A stretch of DNA of 45,086 nucleotides from Candidatus Thalassarchaeaceae archaeon (GCA_030747675.1 JASLKH010000010.1:1-45086), one strand, 5' to 3'; shown: positions 9,026 to 18,353, counted from the stretch's first letter. Translations and numbers: made by a program. Notes: generated from the letters alone by a model not told the origin.

Positions 9026-10117
9026 ATGCGTCATTTGAGCGTGCCGAGCATAGATTCGGCTGCAATATTTGCAACATTACGTGATTCAAATTGGATACCG
9101 ATGGGCACCCGCATCATCCCTGATCCTTCAGATGCATCTCGAAGGCTAATTCCCATTATTGATACCACACCTCAATCAATTACTAATGAATTTCCAGTTA
9201 TTGAAGCAGAGCAGCCAAAACCTCCTTCTCAATCATATCGAGATCATCTCGCAAAGTACCTTGATGATAGGATAATTTCTCAATATTCAGAATTATGGCC
9301 AACACGGCATGAAATAATTGGTGACCTTATTTTGGTGAAAATTCCTGAAGAGATAATGAATTATCAGTCTGTAATAGGTCAAGCAATGTTGCATCAACAT
9401 ACGCGCATACGGCTTGTACTGAGAGATGACGGCGTTGCAGGAGAATATCGAGTACGTCAATTAATTCCTCTCGCTGAAAGAGTGAATTCAGAATTCCAAA
9501 CACATTTCACCACTCACCCTGAAACTCTTGTCCAAGTCAAAGAGTCGGGAATCAAATATTGGACAGACCCATCAAAGGCTTATTTTTCAGGTCGTCTTTC
9601 TACCGAAAGGGAAGGCACCATCTCTAGTTGTTTTGAATTATCAAAGCACATTGGTCATAAATTGAGAATATGTGACCCCTATGCTGGAGTTGGCCCAGCA
9701 TTGGTTCACCTATTGGCAACAGAAAATCTGGTTGAATTTGCATGGGGTAGTGATTTAAATATCGATGCAGTTGAGTTGATGAAATTAAATTTAAAATCGT
9801 ATCCTAATGCCAGAATAGAATGTACTGATGCACAAAAAATCGTTGAAAATCAAGAATTGGTTGGGACGTTTGATGTATTATTAATCAATATCCCGCATAG
9901 CATAATTTCACATTTACCGAAAGTAATTCCACTACTCAAGGAGAACTCCCCTACTCTTCTAAGGGGTTGGATAGTTATAGACGAAACAGATATCTCAATC
10001 ACTCAAAAAGAGATAGCCAAGATGTTGCCTGAATTTTCAACGATCGACATATCAATTCGCCGCTCATACTCATCTACACAGCATTTGTGCCGCTTTGAGG
10101 CCAAATTAAATCATTAA
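9026..10117 (+). CDS. Trm5/Taw2 (Met-10+-like) SAM-dependent tRNA methyltransferase
   Basis: HEIIGDLILV, GVAGEYRVR, VKESGIKY..D.SKAYFSGRLSTER, DPYAGVGP, DLN.DAVELM..N, INIPH. Confidence 0.85.
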   Translation: MRHLSVPSIDSAAIFATLRDSNWIPMGTRIIPDPSDASRRLIPIIDTTPQSITNEFPVIEAEQPKPPSQSYRDHLAKYLDDRIISQYSELWPTRHEIIGDLILVKIPEEIMNYQSVIGQAMLHQHTRIRLVLRDDGVAGEYRVRQLIPLAERVNSEFQTHFTTHPETLVQVKESGIKYWTDPSKAYFSGRLSTEREGTISSCFELSKHIGHKLRICDPYAGVGPALVHLLATENLVEFAWGSDLNIDAVELMKLNLKSYPNARIECTDAQKIVENQELVGTFDVLLINIPHSIISHLPKVIPLLKENSPTLLRGWIVIDETDISITQKEIAKMLPEFSTIDISIRRSYSSTQHLCRFEAKLNH

Positions 10118-10151
10118 TTACAACGTGATAAATTCCTAAAATAAGGCATTT

Positions 10152-10227
10152 TGGCGCCCCCGCCGGGATTTGAACCCGGGTCGGAGCCTCGACAGGGCTC
10201 CATGATAGGCCACTACACTACAGGGGC
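10152..10227 (-). tRNA. tRNA-Asp (GTC), CCA encoded
   Basis: GCCCCTG acceptor pairs with CGGGGGC-G-CCA; anticodon arm GAGCC-CTGTCGA-GGCTC; T-loop GGTTCAAATCC. Confidence 0.97.
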
Positions 10228-10251
10228 TGAGCGACTTGGCGACAGCGGACC

Positions 10252-10262
10252 TGTATTTAATC
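10252..10262. promoter_or_regulatory. TATA box, possibly bidirectional (tRNA-Asp and the divergent CDS)
   Basis: Minus-strand TTAAATA lies about 25 nt upstream of the tRNA 5' end. The plus strand reads TATTTAAT about 20-30 nt before ATGs at 10280/10292. Confidence 0.55.
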
Positions 10263-10279
10263 GGCACGTCATCCGCTAG

Positions 10280-11344
10280 ATGGGTGCAAGCATGGCAGAG
10301 GAGACAAATCCCAAAGATAACGAGTCCGATGAGATGCCGGTAGAGGCCGCAGAAGTAGCGCCACAAGGACCGCCCAGCACCCCATTTGGCGGACCTCCAC
10401 AAGGCCCACCCTCTGGCCCCCCAAGCCCCTCACGAGGACCTCCAACCCGGCAAGGAGCGGGCTCCCCCACAATGTTCGGGGGCAACTCCCCATCTTCCCC
10501 CTCTCCTCCACGAGGCCCCCCCTCAGCGCCTACAGGCGCCCAAACAATGCAAACAGGTTCGGGCGTAGTAGTCAATGCTGGAGTTGAGAACACCATTGAG
10601 AAAAAGAAAATTGTAGATAGCGATGAAAAAGCTGAATTGGAACGTCTTCGCGGTGAAAACGAAGAATTACGACAAGGAATGGCTGTTGCTGCAGAAGTAA
10701 TTCAGGACGTCGAAAATCCTCCTATGCCTCCAATTGTTGGGGATGGTTTCGTAGTCCCCGGTGAAGTTGTAGGAATGTTTTCTTCATTAGGGCGCCAACT
10801 GCATAAAGAGCGCCTGATTCATGGAACCGCAGGATCATTTAGTATGCTATCCAGAACCCAACCAGGCTTAGTCCACATTTCACGCCGCGGTGCAGCATTA
10901 GGGCAGTTAAATGAATCAGATATTGTAACAGGACGTTTGGGTGAAGCAGGGCCCAATGGCGCTCACGAAGATTGGCAAATTCATTCAGTTGGTCTTGCAA
11001 TATCTTCGCTGGAGTATGAAGGGCTAGGTGCCTGCATTCATGTACAGGCCCCATATACAACTACAATGAGCATGGAAAAGGACCGCTATGCATTGATTCC
11101 AAAAGATCATGATGGTAAAACCCGATTTGGCCGCGCTACGATAGTTGACGTTCAATACAAGGATATGGAAGGTTACCTTGTTGAAATCACAGAGGCACTA
11201 AAGCAGACGGGAAACAAATTGTTTGTTGCACGAGGGCATGGGATCTATGCTCTTGGCTCAACATTGTTGGAAGCATGGGGTAATGCTGCAGCCTTTGAGC
11301 ATAGTATGCGCATCTTGTACCTCAGCGAATTGGCGGACCTCTGA
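10280..11344 (+). CDS. Class II aldolase/adducin-domain protein with Pro-rich N-terminus and coiled coil
   Basis: GTAGSFS...DIV...WQIH...IHVQAPYTT...RGHGIYALGSTL.EA...A..FEH fits the FucA/adducin fold. N-terminal GPP repeats; EKAELERLRGENEELRQ coiled coil. Confidence 0.8.
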   Translation: MGASMAEETNPKDNESDEMPVEAAEVAPQGPPSTPFGGPPQGPPSGPPSPSRGPPTRQGAGSPTMFGGNSPSSPSPPRGPPSAPTGAQTMQTGSGVVVNAGVENTIEKKKIVDSDEKAELERLRGENEELRQGMAVAAEVIQDVENPPMPPIVGDGFVVPGEVVGMFSSLGRQLHKERLIHGTAGSFSMLSRTQPGLVHISRRGAALGQLNESDIVTGRLGEAGPNGAHEDWQIHSVGLAISSLEYEGLGACIHVQAPYTTTMSMEKDRYALIPKDHDGKTRFGRATIVDVQYKDMEGYLVEITEALKQTGNKLFVARGHGIYALGSTLLEAWGNAAAFEHSMRILYLSELADL

Positions 11345-11385
11345 AGAGCGTCACCTTGATTGAGCGCCACTTGCGCGAAATTGAC

Positions 11386-11979
11386 ATGACAGACCACCCA
11401 TTGGTTATTGATGTCGTTGATAATGGGGGTCAGTGGACACATAGAGAGTGGCGTATGCTACGATATCTTGGTGTTGATACAAAAATAATCTCTAATACCA
11501 CACCCATTACTGAATTGCGTGAATTAGACGGCCTCATACTTTCAGGTGGTGCTGCAAGAGTTGGCTTGACCGGTGAACTAGGAAATTGTGGTGCATATTT
11601 GGAATTGGAAATACCAATTCTTGGCATCTGTGCAGGACATCAATTCATGGCAGGCTATTACGGAGGAAGTGCCGCAGAAGCATTAGCTCCTGAATTTGGT
11701 GCAGCCACAATTCAATTGGTAGAAGGTGGTGGCCAAATTTTCAGTGGCACACCCAACGAACAAACAGTTTGGGAAAGTCATAACGATGAAGTTGACAACG
11801 TTCCGGAGAATTTTTTTATTACAGCTAGCAGCCAATCTTGTTTAGTTCAGGGGATGGAAAATAGAAAAGGAAATAGGTTCGGTCTTCAATTTCATCCGGA
11901 AGTAAATGATTCAGAATACGGGAAAGAAATGTTCCAAAATTTCATTGAAATCTGCCGGAAGTCACGAGATTCAGATTGA
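11386..11979 (+). CDS. guaAA: GMP synthase subunit A (glutamine amidotransferase)
   Basis: VVDNGGQWTHREWRMLRYLG, LILSGG, LGICAGHQ (catalytic Cys), SHNDEV, GLQFHPEV. ATG at 11386 chosen over TTG at 11356. Confidence 0.93.
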   Translation: MTDHPLVIDVVDNGGQWTHREWRMLRYLGVDTKIISNTTPITELRELDGLILSGGAARVGLTGELGNCGAYLELEIPILGICAGHQFMAGYYGGSAAEALAPEFGAATIQLVEGGGQIFSGTPNEQTVWESHNDEVDNVPENFFITASSQSCLVQGMENRKGNRFGLQFHPEVNDSEYGKEMFQNFIEICRKSRDSD

Positions 11980-12026
11980 TTTCCTCAGCGACGGCTTCAA
12001 ATGGGAGGGGCAAGTCGCCGACTTCG

Positions 12027-12176
12027 ATGTCACTCAAGGTTGAGTACAAGTGCCTGCGCTGCGGACACCGTGAAGAATTCATGAACACCGAAACTGGAAT
12101 CTCCTGCAAGTCGTGCGGATTCCGTATTTTTACCAAACCGCGTAGACAGGGTCACAAAACTCTGGATGCAATTTGA
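12027..12176 (+). CDS. rpo12: DNA-directed RNA polymerase subunit P (Rpo12)
   Basis: YKCLRCG...ISCKSCGFRIFTKPR zinc ribbon; ATG at 12027. Confidence 0.9.
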   Translation: MSLKVEYKCLRCGHREEFMNTETGISCKSCGFRIFTKPRRQGHKTLDAI

Positions 12177-12215
12177 ACGTCGTGTTGAAAGACCGCGACA
12201 CTTACGGAGTCCCTG

Positions 12216-13352
12216 ATGACTTCGTGGCTTTCTACACACGCCCCCAAGCGTTTTGATGCATTGGCCATGCCATCAACTATTTCTGACCAATTTATTCGAA
12301 CGTGTTTATCAGGAAATTTACCCCATCTTTTGATTTCTGGCCCAGCAGGCGTCGGCAAGACCGTTGCTTGGCATCTTATTGCGAGACAAGTTTTGGGACC
12401 AGGATGGAAATCAACCTGTCATGTGTTACAAGCACGAGATTTAGCACGCCAGCAAAATGCAATGAAAAAATTCGAAGAATTTCTTCGACCAGCGGGACTC
12501 GGCTCATCAGATACTTTAGCAGGCCGCACAAGTCTCGATGCTTTTGATCGGAAAATGTGGGACAGTAATGATGCTGAAGCCCCATGCGGCGAAGAAACAA
12601 AATTGGAAGATGGGCGAATGGCAGTTAGCCGCCTAATCGTAATAGAAGATGCAGATCATCTTGGCAGCAGACGCCAACCATACCTTCGCCGTATGATGGA
12701 ATCCGAATCCACGACGACACGATTTATTTTCACTGCCCGTGCCCCAAGCAGAATCATTGATGCTTTACGAAGTCGAATGTTGCATATACGAATACCATCT
12801 GTTACTAACGAACAGATATCCTCAACGATTCGGAAGGTAGCAAGTCTAGAAGATGTTAATTTCGCAGATGGCCTTCCTGAGGACCTCGCACACGTCTCTT
12901 CAGGAAACTTGCGTAAGGGCCTATTCATGTTTGAACTATTATCACGCCAAGGCCTTGCTACAGAGCGCAGTAAATTGTATGATGTTGTTGCAGCCAGTTC
13001 GCTTCAACATTCTAGGCAAATGATAGAAATGGCATTACGAGGAAGGGTTGTTGAATGGCGTTGGGAAAAGCAAAGAAATCGAAACGTCAAAATCCTTGAG
13101 GGGGCGATGGGCCTTCTTGATGAAATGATGGGCACACATGCTTTAGATGCTGAAGACATAGTCCACCAAATACATACAGAGTTGGTAGGAAACCGGTTGA
13201 TGCTCCCTCCTTTACTTAGAGGTGAAATTTTACGTGAATTAGCGAAGTGTGATGTTAAATTACGCCGTTCAATACATTCCCGAATCCAAATAGAAAATTA
13301 TCTCTATCAACTTGCAGAAGCAGGACGACGGCACGGGCTTGCTCTTAGTTGA
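12216..13352 (+). CDS. Replication factor C small-subunit homologue (divergent)
   Basis: LPHLLISGPAGVGKT, VIEDADHL...Q..LRRMME, RFIFT, IIDALRSR, GNLRK, C-terminal RIQIE. Several canonical RFC boxes are altered. Confidence 0.82.
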   Translation: MTSWLSTHAPKRFDALAMPSTISDQFIRTCLSGNLPHLLISGPAGVGKTVAWHLIARQVLGPGWKSTCHVLQARDLARQQNAMKKFEEFLRPAGLGSSDTLAGRTSLDAFDRKMWDSNDAEAPCGEETKLEDGRMAVSRLIVIEDADHLGSRRQPYLRRMMESESTTTRFIFTARAPSRIIDALRSRMLHIRIPSVTNEQISSTIRKVASLEDVNFADGLPEDLAHVSSGNLRKGLFMFELLSRQGLATERSKLYDVVAASSLQHSRQMIEMALRGRVVEWRWEKQRNRNVKILEGAMGLLDEMMGTHALDAEDIVHQIHTELVGNRLMLPPLLRGEILRELAKCDVKLRRSIHSRIQIENYLYQLAEAGRRHGLALS

Positions 13353-13353
13353 G

Positions 13354-13427
13354 CGAGCGCGGCAGGATTCGAACCCACGGAGCCCGGCTTAGGAGGCCGG
13401 TGCAATATCCAGCTATGCGACGCGCCC
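13354..13427 (-). tRNA. tRNA-Arg (CCT), CCA not encoded
   Basis: GGGCGCG/CGCGCTC-G acceptor; anticodon arm CCGGC-CTCCTAA-GCCGG; T-loop GGTTCGAATCC. Confidence 0.93.
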
Positions 13428-13516
13428 AAGTGACCCTCAAGCCTCGTATTGAAGGAGGTTACGCTCTAAACAGGCGTCACCCTGATGACCCAGTATCCTC
13501 TCCGAGGGATGTTACG

Positions 13517-15001
13517 ATGTTGCCGGATGACGCCGACGCTGGCCTCCCTCGACCATATGGCGGCGGTTTTGAAGTAGACGAAGGCATAGGGGATATCATT
13601 AGAAGTCGCCTCAAGAAAAGAGAGAGGGCCCGTCGACGATGGGGGAGATTTGCAGATATTTGGCTTTTGAATTACGCTCGAATCCTTTTGCCATCATTAC
13701 TCATTCTATCTACTGTATCGGTAATGGCATTCCCCACAAAAATAGCTTCGGACTTGGTTGCAGGTTGTGCCGCCCTTGCTAGCTTTTCCTTTCTTTTACC
13801 ATCAGTTTTGTCTAGTCATTATATGCTCTGGGTCGGCCAAGATCGTCTTGGGAAACGAAATTTGAAACAAACTGCGAATGATACAGGTGCTGAAAGAATT
13901 TTGAATGCCTTAAAGGAAGCACGTTTACATGAAATTATGCGAATATCTAACCAATTGGGGTTTGCTTTGGTTTTATGGATTGCATCCCAATTCCCTCCCG
14001 GGGAAGAATTTAGAGGGCTTTTACTGGTATCTTGCATACTTGCTGCAAGCATTTCTCTCGCTCACACATTAATCATTGAGCAAAGGACATATGGATATTC
14101 AAGGCGATTACCCTTCCTTCCATTTCACGCACCAAGCCAACATGAAAGCAATCTACAAAATACATTGACTGAGGTTTTATCTGCTCATTTAGACCCTGAA
14201 AGTCATACTAGGTTTACTAATTGGTGCAATGATTTAGCTATGTCATTGAAACCCTCCATAGACACCGCTGAAGCAATCGAAAGAACGCTACATTTGTTGC
14301 ATTTGGAAGGGCAGCACATGATCAATAGGGTACAATTGGTTGAGGAAATGAAATCATACATCGATAACAAAAAATTGGATAATTTATTGTTTACTAGCAA
14401 ACATCTGGATTTGCCAGAACTTTCTCGGTTGGTTGGCCACACTCGTGCATTTGCATTAGGATTATTCCACCTTCTCGACAGACTTCAATTTGATTTAATG
14501 GATCACTCTCAATCCCTTGCCAGCCATTCATGGAGAATGGACTCCAGTATACCCAATAGATGCGGAGAATCTCGAGGGGACCTATTTGTCATGGTCAGTA
14601 ATTTGAGTGATAACGAAACCCCAGTCGAGCTCGAGGTCCACATCCCCGATGGGCAACCCTCGCGACAAGTATTCAGGTTAACACCAACTCCTCAAAATCC
14701 ACCAAATGAGCCCCTTCAATTGTGGGAACCAGAAGATCCGGACGTAGTCCATTGGCAATTGAAATTAGTGGATGCTGCCCATGTTCTTTGGCTCGGAGTG
14801 GCTTGGGCAGATGGGATTCAAGGAAGACGCCCCGTAAGCCTCAATTTACGTCATATTGATGGGCGCACAATTTCATCAGACACACTATGGACAACAGTCC
14901 ATCCACGATCGGGTAGAGGCGAATCCATGCGATGGAAAATGGACCATGCTCGGAACCTTGCACAACGTTGGCGCAATCAGGCCCTTACCCGAATGGAATA
15001 A
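13517..15001 (+). CDS. Membrane protein (about 4 N-terminal TM helices, soluble C-terminal region), unknown function
   Basis: Hydrophobic segments (ILLPSLLILSTVSVMAF, LVAGCAALASFSFLL, LGFALVLWIA, LLLVSCILAASISLA). The track start overlaps the tRNA; ATG 13517 has an upstream GAGGG. Confidence 0.72.
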   Translation: MLPDDADAGLPRPYGGGFEVDEGIGDIIRSRLKKRERARRRWGRFADIWLLNYARILLPSLLILSTVSVMAFPTKIASDLVAGCAALASFSFLLPSVLSSHYMLWVGQDRLGKRNLKQTANDTGAERILNALKEARLHEIMRISNQLGFALVLWIASQFPPGEEFRGLLLVSCILAASISLAHTLIIEQRTYGYSRRLPFLPFHAPSQHESNLQNTLTEVLSAHLDPESHTRFTNWCNDLAMSLKPSIDTAEAIERTLHLLHLEGQHMINRVQLVEEMKSYIDNKKLDNLLFTSKHLDLPELSRLVGHTRAFALGLFHLLDRLQFDLMDHSQSLASHSWRMDSSIPNRCGESRGDLFVMVSNLSDNETPVELEVHIPDGQPSRQVFRLTPTPQNPPNEPLQLWEPEDPDVVHWQLKLVDAAHVLWLGVAWADGIQGRRPVSLNLRHIDGRTISSDTLWTTVHPRSGRGESMRWKMDHARNLAQRWRNQALTRME

Positions 15002-15087
15002 CATCAGACCATAACATTGGTGTGGATGCTTGAGGAGGGGTGCGTTTATGATGCTCCCACCTGTGCCCATCTCTGAAAGGTGATACC

Positions 15088-16680
15088 ATGGAGGCATGGG
15101 ATGTCGTAGTCATTGGGAGCGGAGTCGCAGCGTTACGCGCAGCAATCGCAGCCAGTGATGGAAATGCAACAGTTACAATTTTGAGTTCACAAGCAATTTC
15201 TTCATCTAGCGATTCTACGATTAATTGTGGCTTTTCCATTCCAATGAGTGAACCAAATCACTCTATGTTCACTAGTGATACAATTCGAGTCGGCTCGGAA
15301 CTTTGTGAAGCAGATGTTCTCACATCTACTTCTTCAACTGCAGTTGAGCATTTGGCGGAATTGGAGCGCTGGGGACTAAATCTTCGTCGAGAAGGGAATG
15401 GATTGCCGCACTTGGGTAAATTACCGGGACAATCTGCTCCACGGACCGCAAGTACTGGCGATTCAACTGTAGAAGAAATGCTTTTGATTTTGCAAGAGCA
15501 AACAATGAAACGTCGAATACCACATCGTGGTGATGTCGAAATTTTAGATATCGTTCTCACTGAAGGTGGTTCCCGTGGACTTATTGCGATGGACATTCAA
15601 AGTGGAGAGTTATTTGCCATCCAGTCAAAAGCAATCATTCTTGCAGATTCTGGATTCGAAGGAGCATGGAATGGAGATGGCGTAGGCATGGGGACATCCG
15701 CCGGATTAGCATTACAATGCGCACTCCCACTTGTCGATTTAGAATTCACATCAATGCACCCGCTAACCGTTTCAGAAATAGGCTTACACATTTCGTTGGA
15801 TGTATTAGGTGCAGGAGCCATTGTCACAGGAAATGATGGCACTGCATTAAGCACAGAGGAAGGCCCAGATTCACTAGCAAGGGCAATTGTTGCTGCAGGA
15901 GGTGCAACCCTTGATTTGACACCGATAAGCACCACAGATCGCCCTTGGTTTGAGAAGACATTCTCATCTTTGTTAACCCGTAGTGGAATTGATGGTTCTG
16001 TGGAATTAATACCCATTATGCCAATGGTTACCGCTACTATAGGCGGCATCCCAATCTCCAGTAATGGCCAAGTAATCAATCAAGATTGGAGCACCCAAAT
16101 TCTAGGACTTTTTGCAGCAGGGGACTCAGCATGCTCAGGTTTGCATGGAGCCTCAATCAATAGTGGCGACAGAATTCTTTCTTCCATTACAAGTGGAGCA
16201 ATTGCAGGGGCCACTGCAGCAGATTATGCAGCAACCTCAAAATTTTCGAAATCAAATATCATTTCAATGGCACTTTCACAAGCACACCACGCTCATGACG
16301 AAACTCTTTCTTCCGCTGGAGAGGGAGGGATAAGTCCAGGAATAATATTGCAATCATTGTCCACTACAATGCAAACTCACATGGGCTCAGAACGCAATGC
16401 AAAAGGGCTTGAATCCGCCGCCGCCGCCATACAAGAATTGTCTTCAGTAAAAATCAACATTTCAGATCGAAATCCAGTGATGAATACAGAAATGGTTGCA
16501 TTAATTCGTACACAGCGCCTACTTTCCGTAGCATCAGCTGCAGTTTCATCTGCTATAGCAAGAAAGGAAAGCCGAGGCTCACACATCCGAACAGACTTCC
16601 CAGATTTGGATTCCAAACAGACCCATCACACACTTGTCCACCAAGATGGTCGTACTGAATCCCTCTCTCTTCGCAATTAA
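15088..16680 (+). CDS. SdhA/FrdA/NadB-family flavoprotein paralogue with degenerate active site
   Basis: DVVVIGSGVAALRAAI, LERWG, G.R G...MDI.SGE...I..KAIILA, GLFAAGD.AC.GLHGA, RKESRGSHIRTDFP. SD AGGTGA upstream. Confidence 0.85.
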   Translation: MEAWDVVVIGSGVAALRAAIAASDGNATVTILSSQAISSSSDSTINCGFSIPMSEPNHSMFTSDTIRVGSELCEADVLTSTSSTAVEHLAELERWGLNLRREGNGLPHLGKLPGQSAPRTASTGDSTVEEMLLILQEQTMKRRIPHRGDVEILDIVLTEGGSRGLIAMDIQSGELFAIQSKAIILADSGFEGAWNGDGVGMGTSAGLALQCALPLVDLEFTSMHPLTVSEIGLHISLDVLGAGAIVTGNDGTALSTEEGPDSLARAIVAAGGATLDLTPISTTDRPWFEKTFSSLLTRSGIDGSVELIPIMPMVTATIGGIPISSNGQVINQDWSTQILGLFAAGDSACSGLHGASINSGDRILSSITSGAIAGATAADYAATSKFSKSNIISMALSQAHHAHDETLSSAGEGGISPGIILQSLSTTMQTHMGSERNAKGLESAAAAIQELSSVKINISDRNPVMNTEMVALIRTQRLLSVASAAVSSAIARKESRGSHIRTDFPDLDSKQTHHTLVHQDGRTESLSLRN

Positions 16681-16720
16681 TCGCGTAAGGATGAAAGAGC
16701 AGCCATAGTAGAACCGTGAC

Positions 16721-18349
16721 ATGGATTCTAAGCACGTTATATCTGAAAGCGCCCCCCCTGTGCTTTTGCTTGTAGTTCTAGTATCCCTTCTTTTCGCTTC
16801 GGCACAGTATGAATCACCAGTATCTTCACGATTTGTGCCAGATATTTCTGAACCGACATGGCCCCCTTGCCAATCGGGTACAGATTGCGCAGAATCGAAA
16901 CTTTGTACTACATCATCTTTTGATCCCGAACCTGTGGCAGAAGTTTGGAATATCACAGGTGAAAATCGTACATTTTCATCACCCCATACAGCCGACCTAA
17001 ATGCAGACGGAATACTTGATATTGTGATTGGAACCGGCATAGAATCACCACCAAATGGCTCTATTGTGGCCATTAATGGGCATGATGGCTCAATATTATG
17101 GAATGTTGAAACAAATCAAGAAATGTTCTCTTCAGCCCAATTTGGCGACTTAGATGGTGACGGAGAAATAGATGTAATCTTAGGTGGAAGAGGCCAAGAA
17201 TTACGTGCAATTGATGGCCAAACTGGAAATGAGATTTGGGCCTTTGATGCCACTTCACCAGAGAGAAATCATTGGTATCAATTTTACACAGGTCAATTTA
17301 TTGAAGACGTTGACAGTGACGGCATCAATGATTGGCTTACAGCGAATGGTGGCGACCCAACTAAAGCTCCAACCCAGGAAAGAGGCAATGGCTATTTGAT
17401 GGTCATATCAGGATCTACTGGAAAAATATTGGCTATTGCAGACACTCCTGATGGGATGGAGACGTATATGTCTCCAGTCATATACAATCCTCATCCAGAA
17501 ATGGCGACTGAGATTTTATTCGGCACCGGTGGAGAGACATGGCACGGAGGCCTCTGGTCAACTTCACTAGATGCGATTATGTCTGGAGATATCTCGGGTG
17601 CCAAGCAAATTGTTCCACCTGAAGAGGGAATAGAAAAAGGCCTCATATCCCCTCCGATCATTGTTGATCTAACGAGGGACGAAATTCAGGATATTGTGGT
17701 ATCAATGTTCGATGGAAGGACAATTGCAATTGATGGCCGAGATTATTCTACAATTTGGGAAGTCGACGCAAAAAGTCATGCGATGGGAGGGACATCGCAA
17801 AGCGCAGAAACATGGGTAACCCCCGCAGCCGGATATTTTTCACCAGATTCGATACCAGATATTTTCGTGCATTATGTTATTGGAACATGGCCATTTTATG
17901 ATTCATACTGGACAGCCCAAATTGATGGGGCAACTGGTACAGTTTCTTGGTCGGAGGAAACAGGACACACATCAGCTTCTAGTCCTTTGGCGGTTGATTT
18001 GACAGGTGATCAACGCGATGAAGTAGTAATGATTAGAGGGACCGCTATAGTCAATGAAAATGACTCCAATAGTTTACAATTGACCCATGAATTGTTAATT
18101 TGGAACTCCTGTGATTTTTCAAATGTTTCATTATTCAATAGAGAAGGAATCAGTATTGCAAGCCCTTTAGTTGCAGATTTGGATAATGACGGATATTTAG
18201 ATATGATTTCAACATCTACAACCTCGTATGAATCACTTGCAGGGGCTTGGACTATGCATAGGACTAATCTAAGTGTTTTAGCACCAGAAATAATCACATG
18301 GGGCGCATATATGGGCACCGGATACGATGGACGGATCCAAGGGGCGTAG
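16721..18349 (+). CDS. Membrane-anchored/secreted FG-GAP/VCBS-repeat beta-propeller protein
   Basis: N-terminal hydrophobic helix. About 8 repeats S.P..(A/G)DL..DG..D(I/V) (ADLNADGILD, GDLDGDGEID, DVDSDGIND, ADLDNDGYLD) with PQQ-like DG.TG..LW links. Confidence 0.85.
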   Translation: MDSKHVISESAPPVLLLVVLVSLLFASAQYESPVSSRFVPDISEPTWPPCQSGTDCAESKLCTTSSFDPEPVAEVWNITGENRTFSSPHTADLNADGILDIVIGTGIESPPNGSIVAINGHDGSILWNVETNQEMFSSAQFGDLDGDGEIDVILGGRGQELRAIDGQTGNEIWAFDATSPERNHWYQFYTGQFIEDVDSDGINDWLTANGGDPTKAPTQERGNGYLMVISGSTGKILAIADTPDGMETYMSPVIYNPHPEMATEILFGTGGETWHGGLWSTSLDAIMSGDISGAKQIVPPEEGIEKGLISPPIIVDLTRDEIQDIVVSMFDGRTIAIDGRDYSTIWEVDAKSHAMGGTSQSAETWVTPAAGYFSPDSIPDIFVHYVIGTWPFYDSYWTAQIDGATGTVSWSEETGHTSASSPLAVDLTGDQRDEVVMIRGTAIVNENDSNSLQLTHELLIWNSCDFSNVSLFNREGISIASPLVADLDNDGYLDMISTSTTSYESLAGAWTMHRTNLSVLAPEIITWGAYMGTGYDGRIQGA

Positions 18350-18353
18350 ATGG

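Noticed and set aside
10340-10545. Possible tandem repeat or CRISPR-like array in the C-rich segment
   Set aside because: No constant-length repeat/spacer structure; explained by Pro/Gly codons.
10136-10596. Antisense ORFs 10136-10402, 10269-10511 and 10276-10596
   Set aside because: Shadows of the tRNA-Asp gene and the C-rich Pro-repeat coding strand.
10118-13430. tRNA genes as integration sites for a mobile element
   Set aside because: No duplicated tRNA 3' ends and no integrase; flanking genes are housekeeping.
13349-13516. N-terminal extension of the 550-aa ORF in the track
   Set aside because: It overlaps tRNA-Arg on the opposite strand; ATG 13517 with an SD is more plausible.
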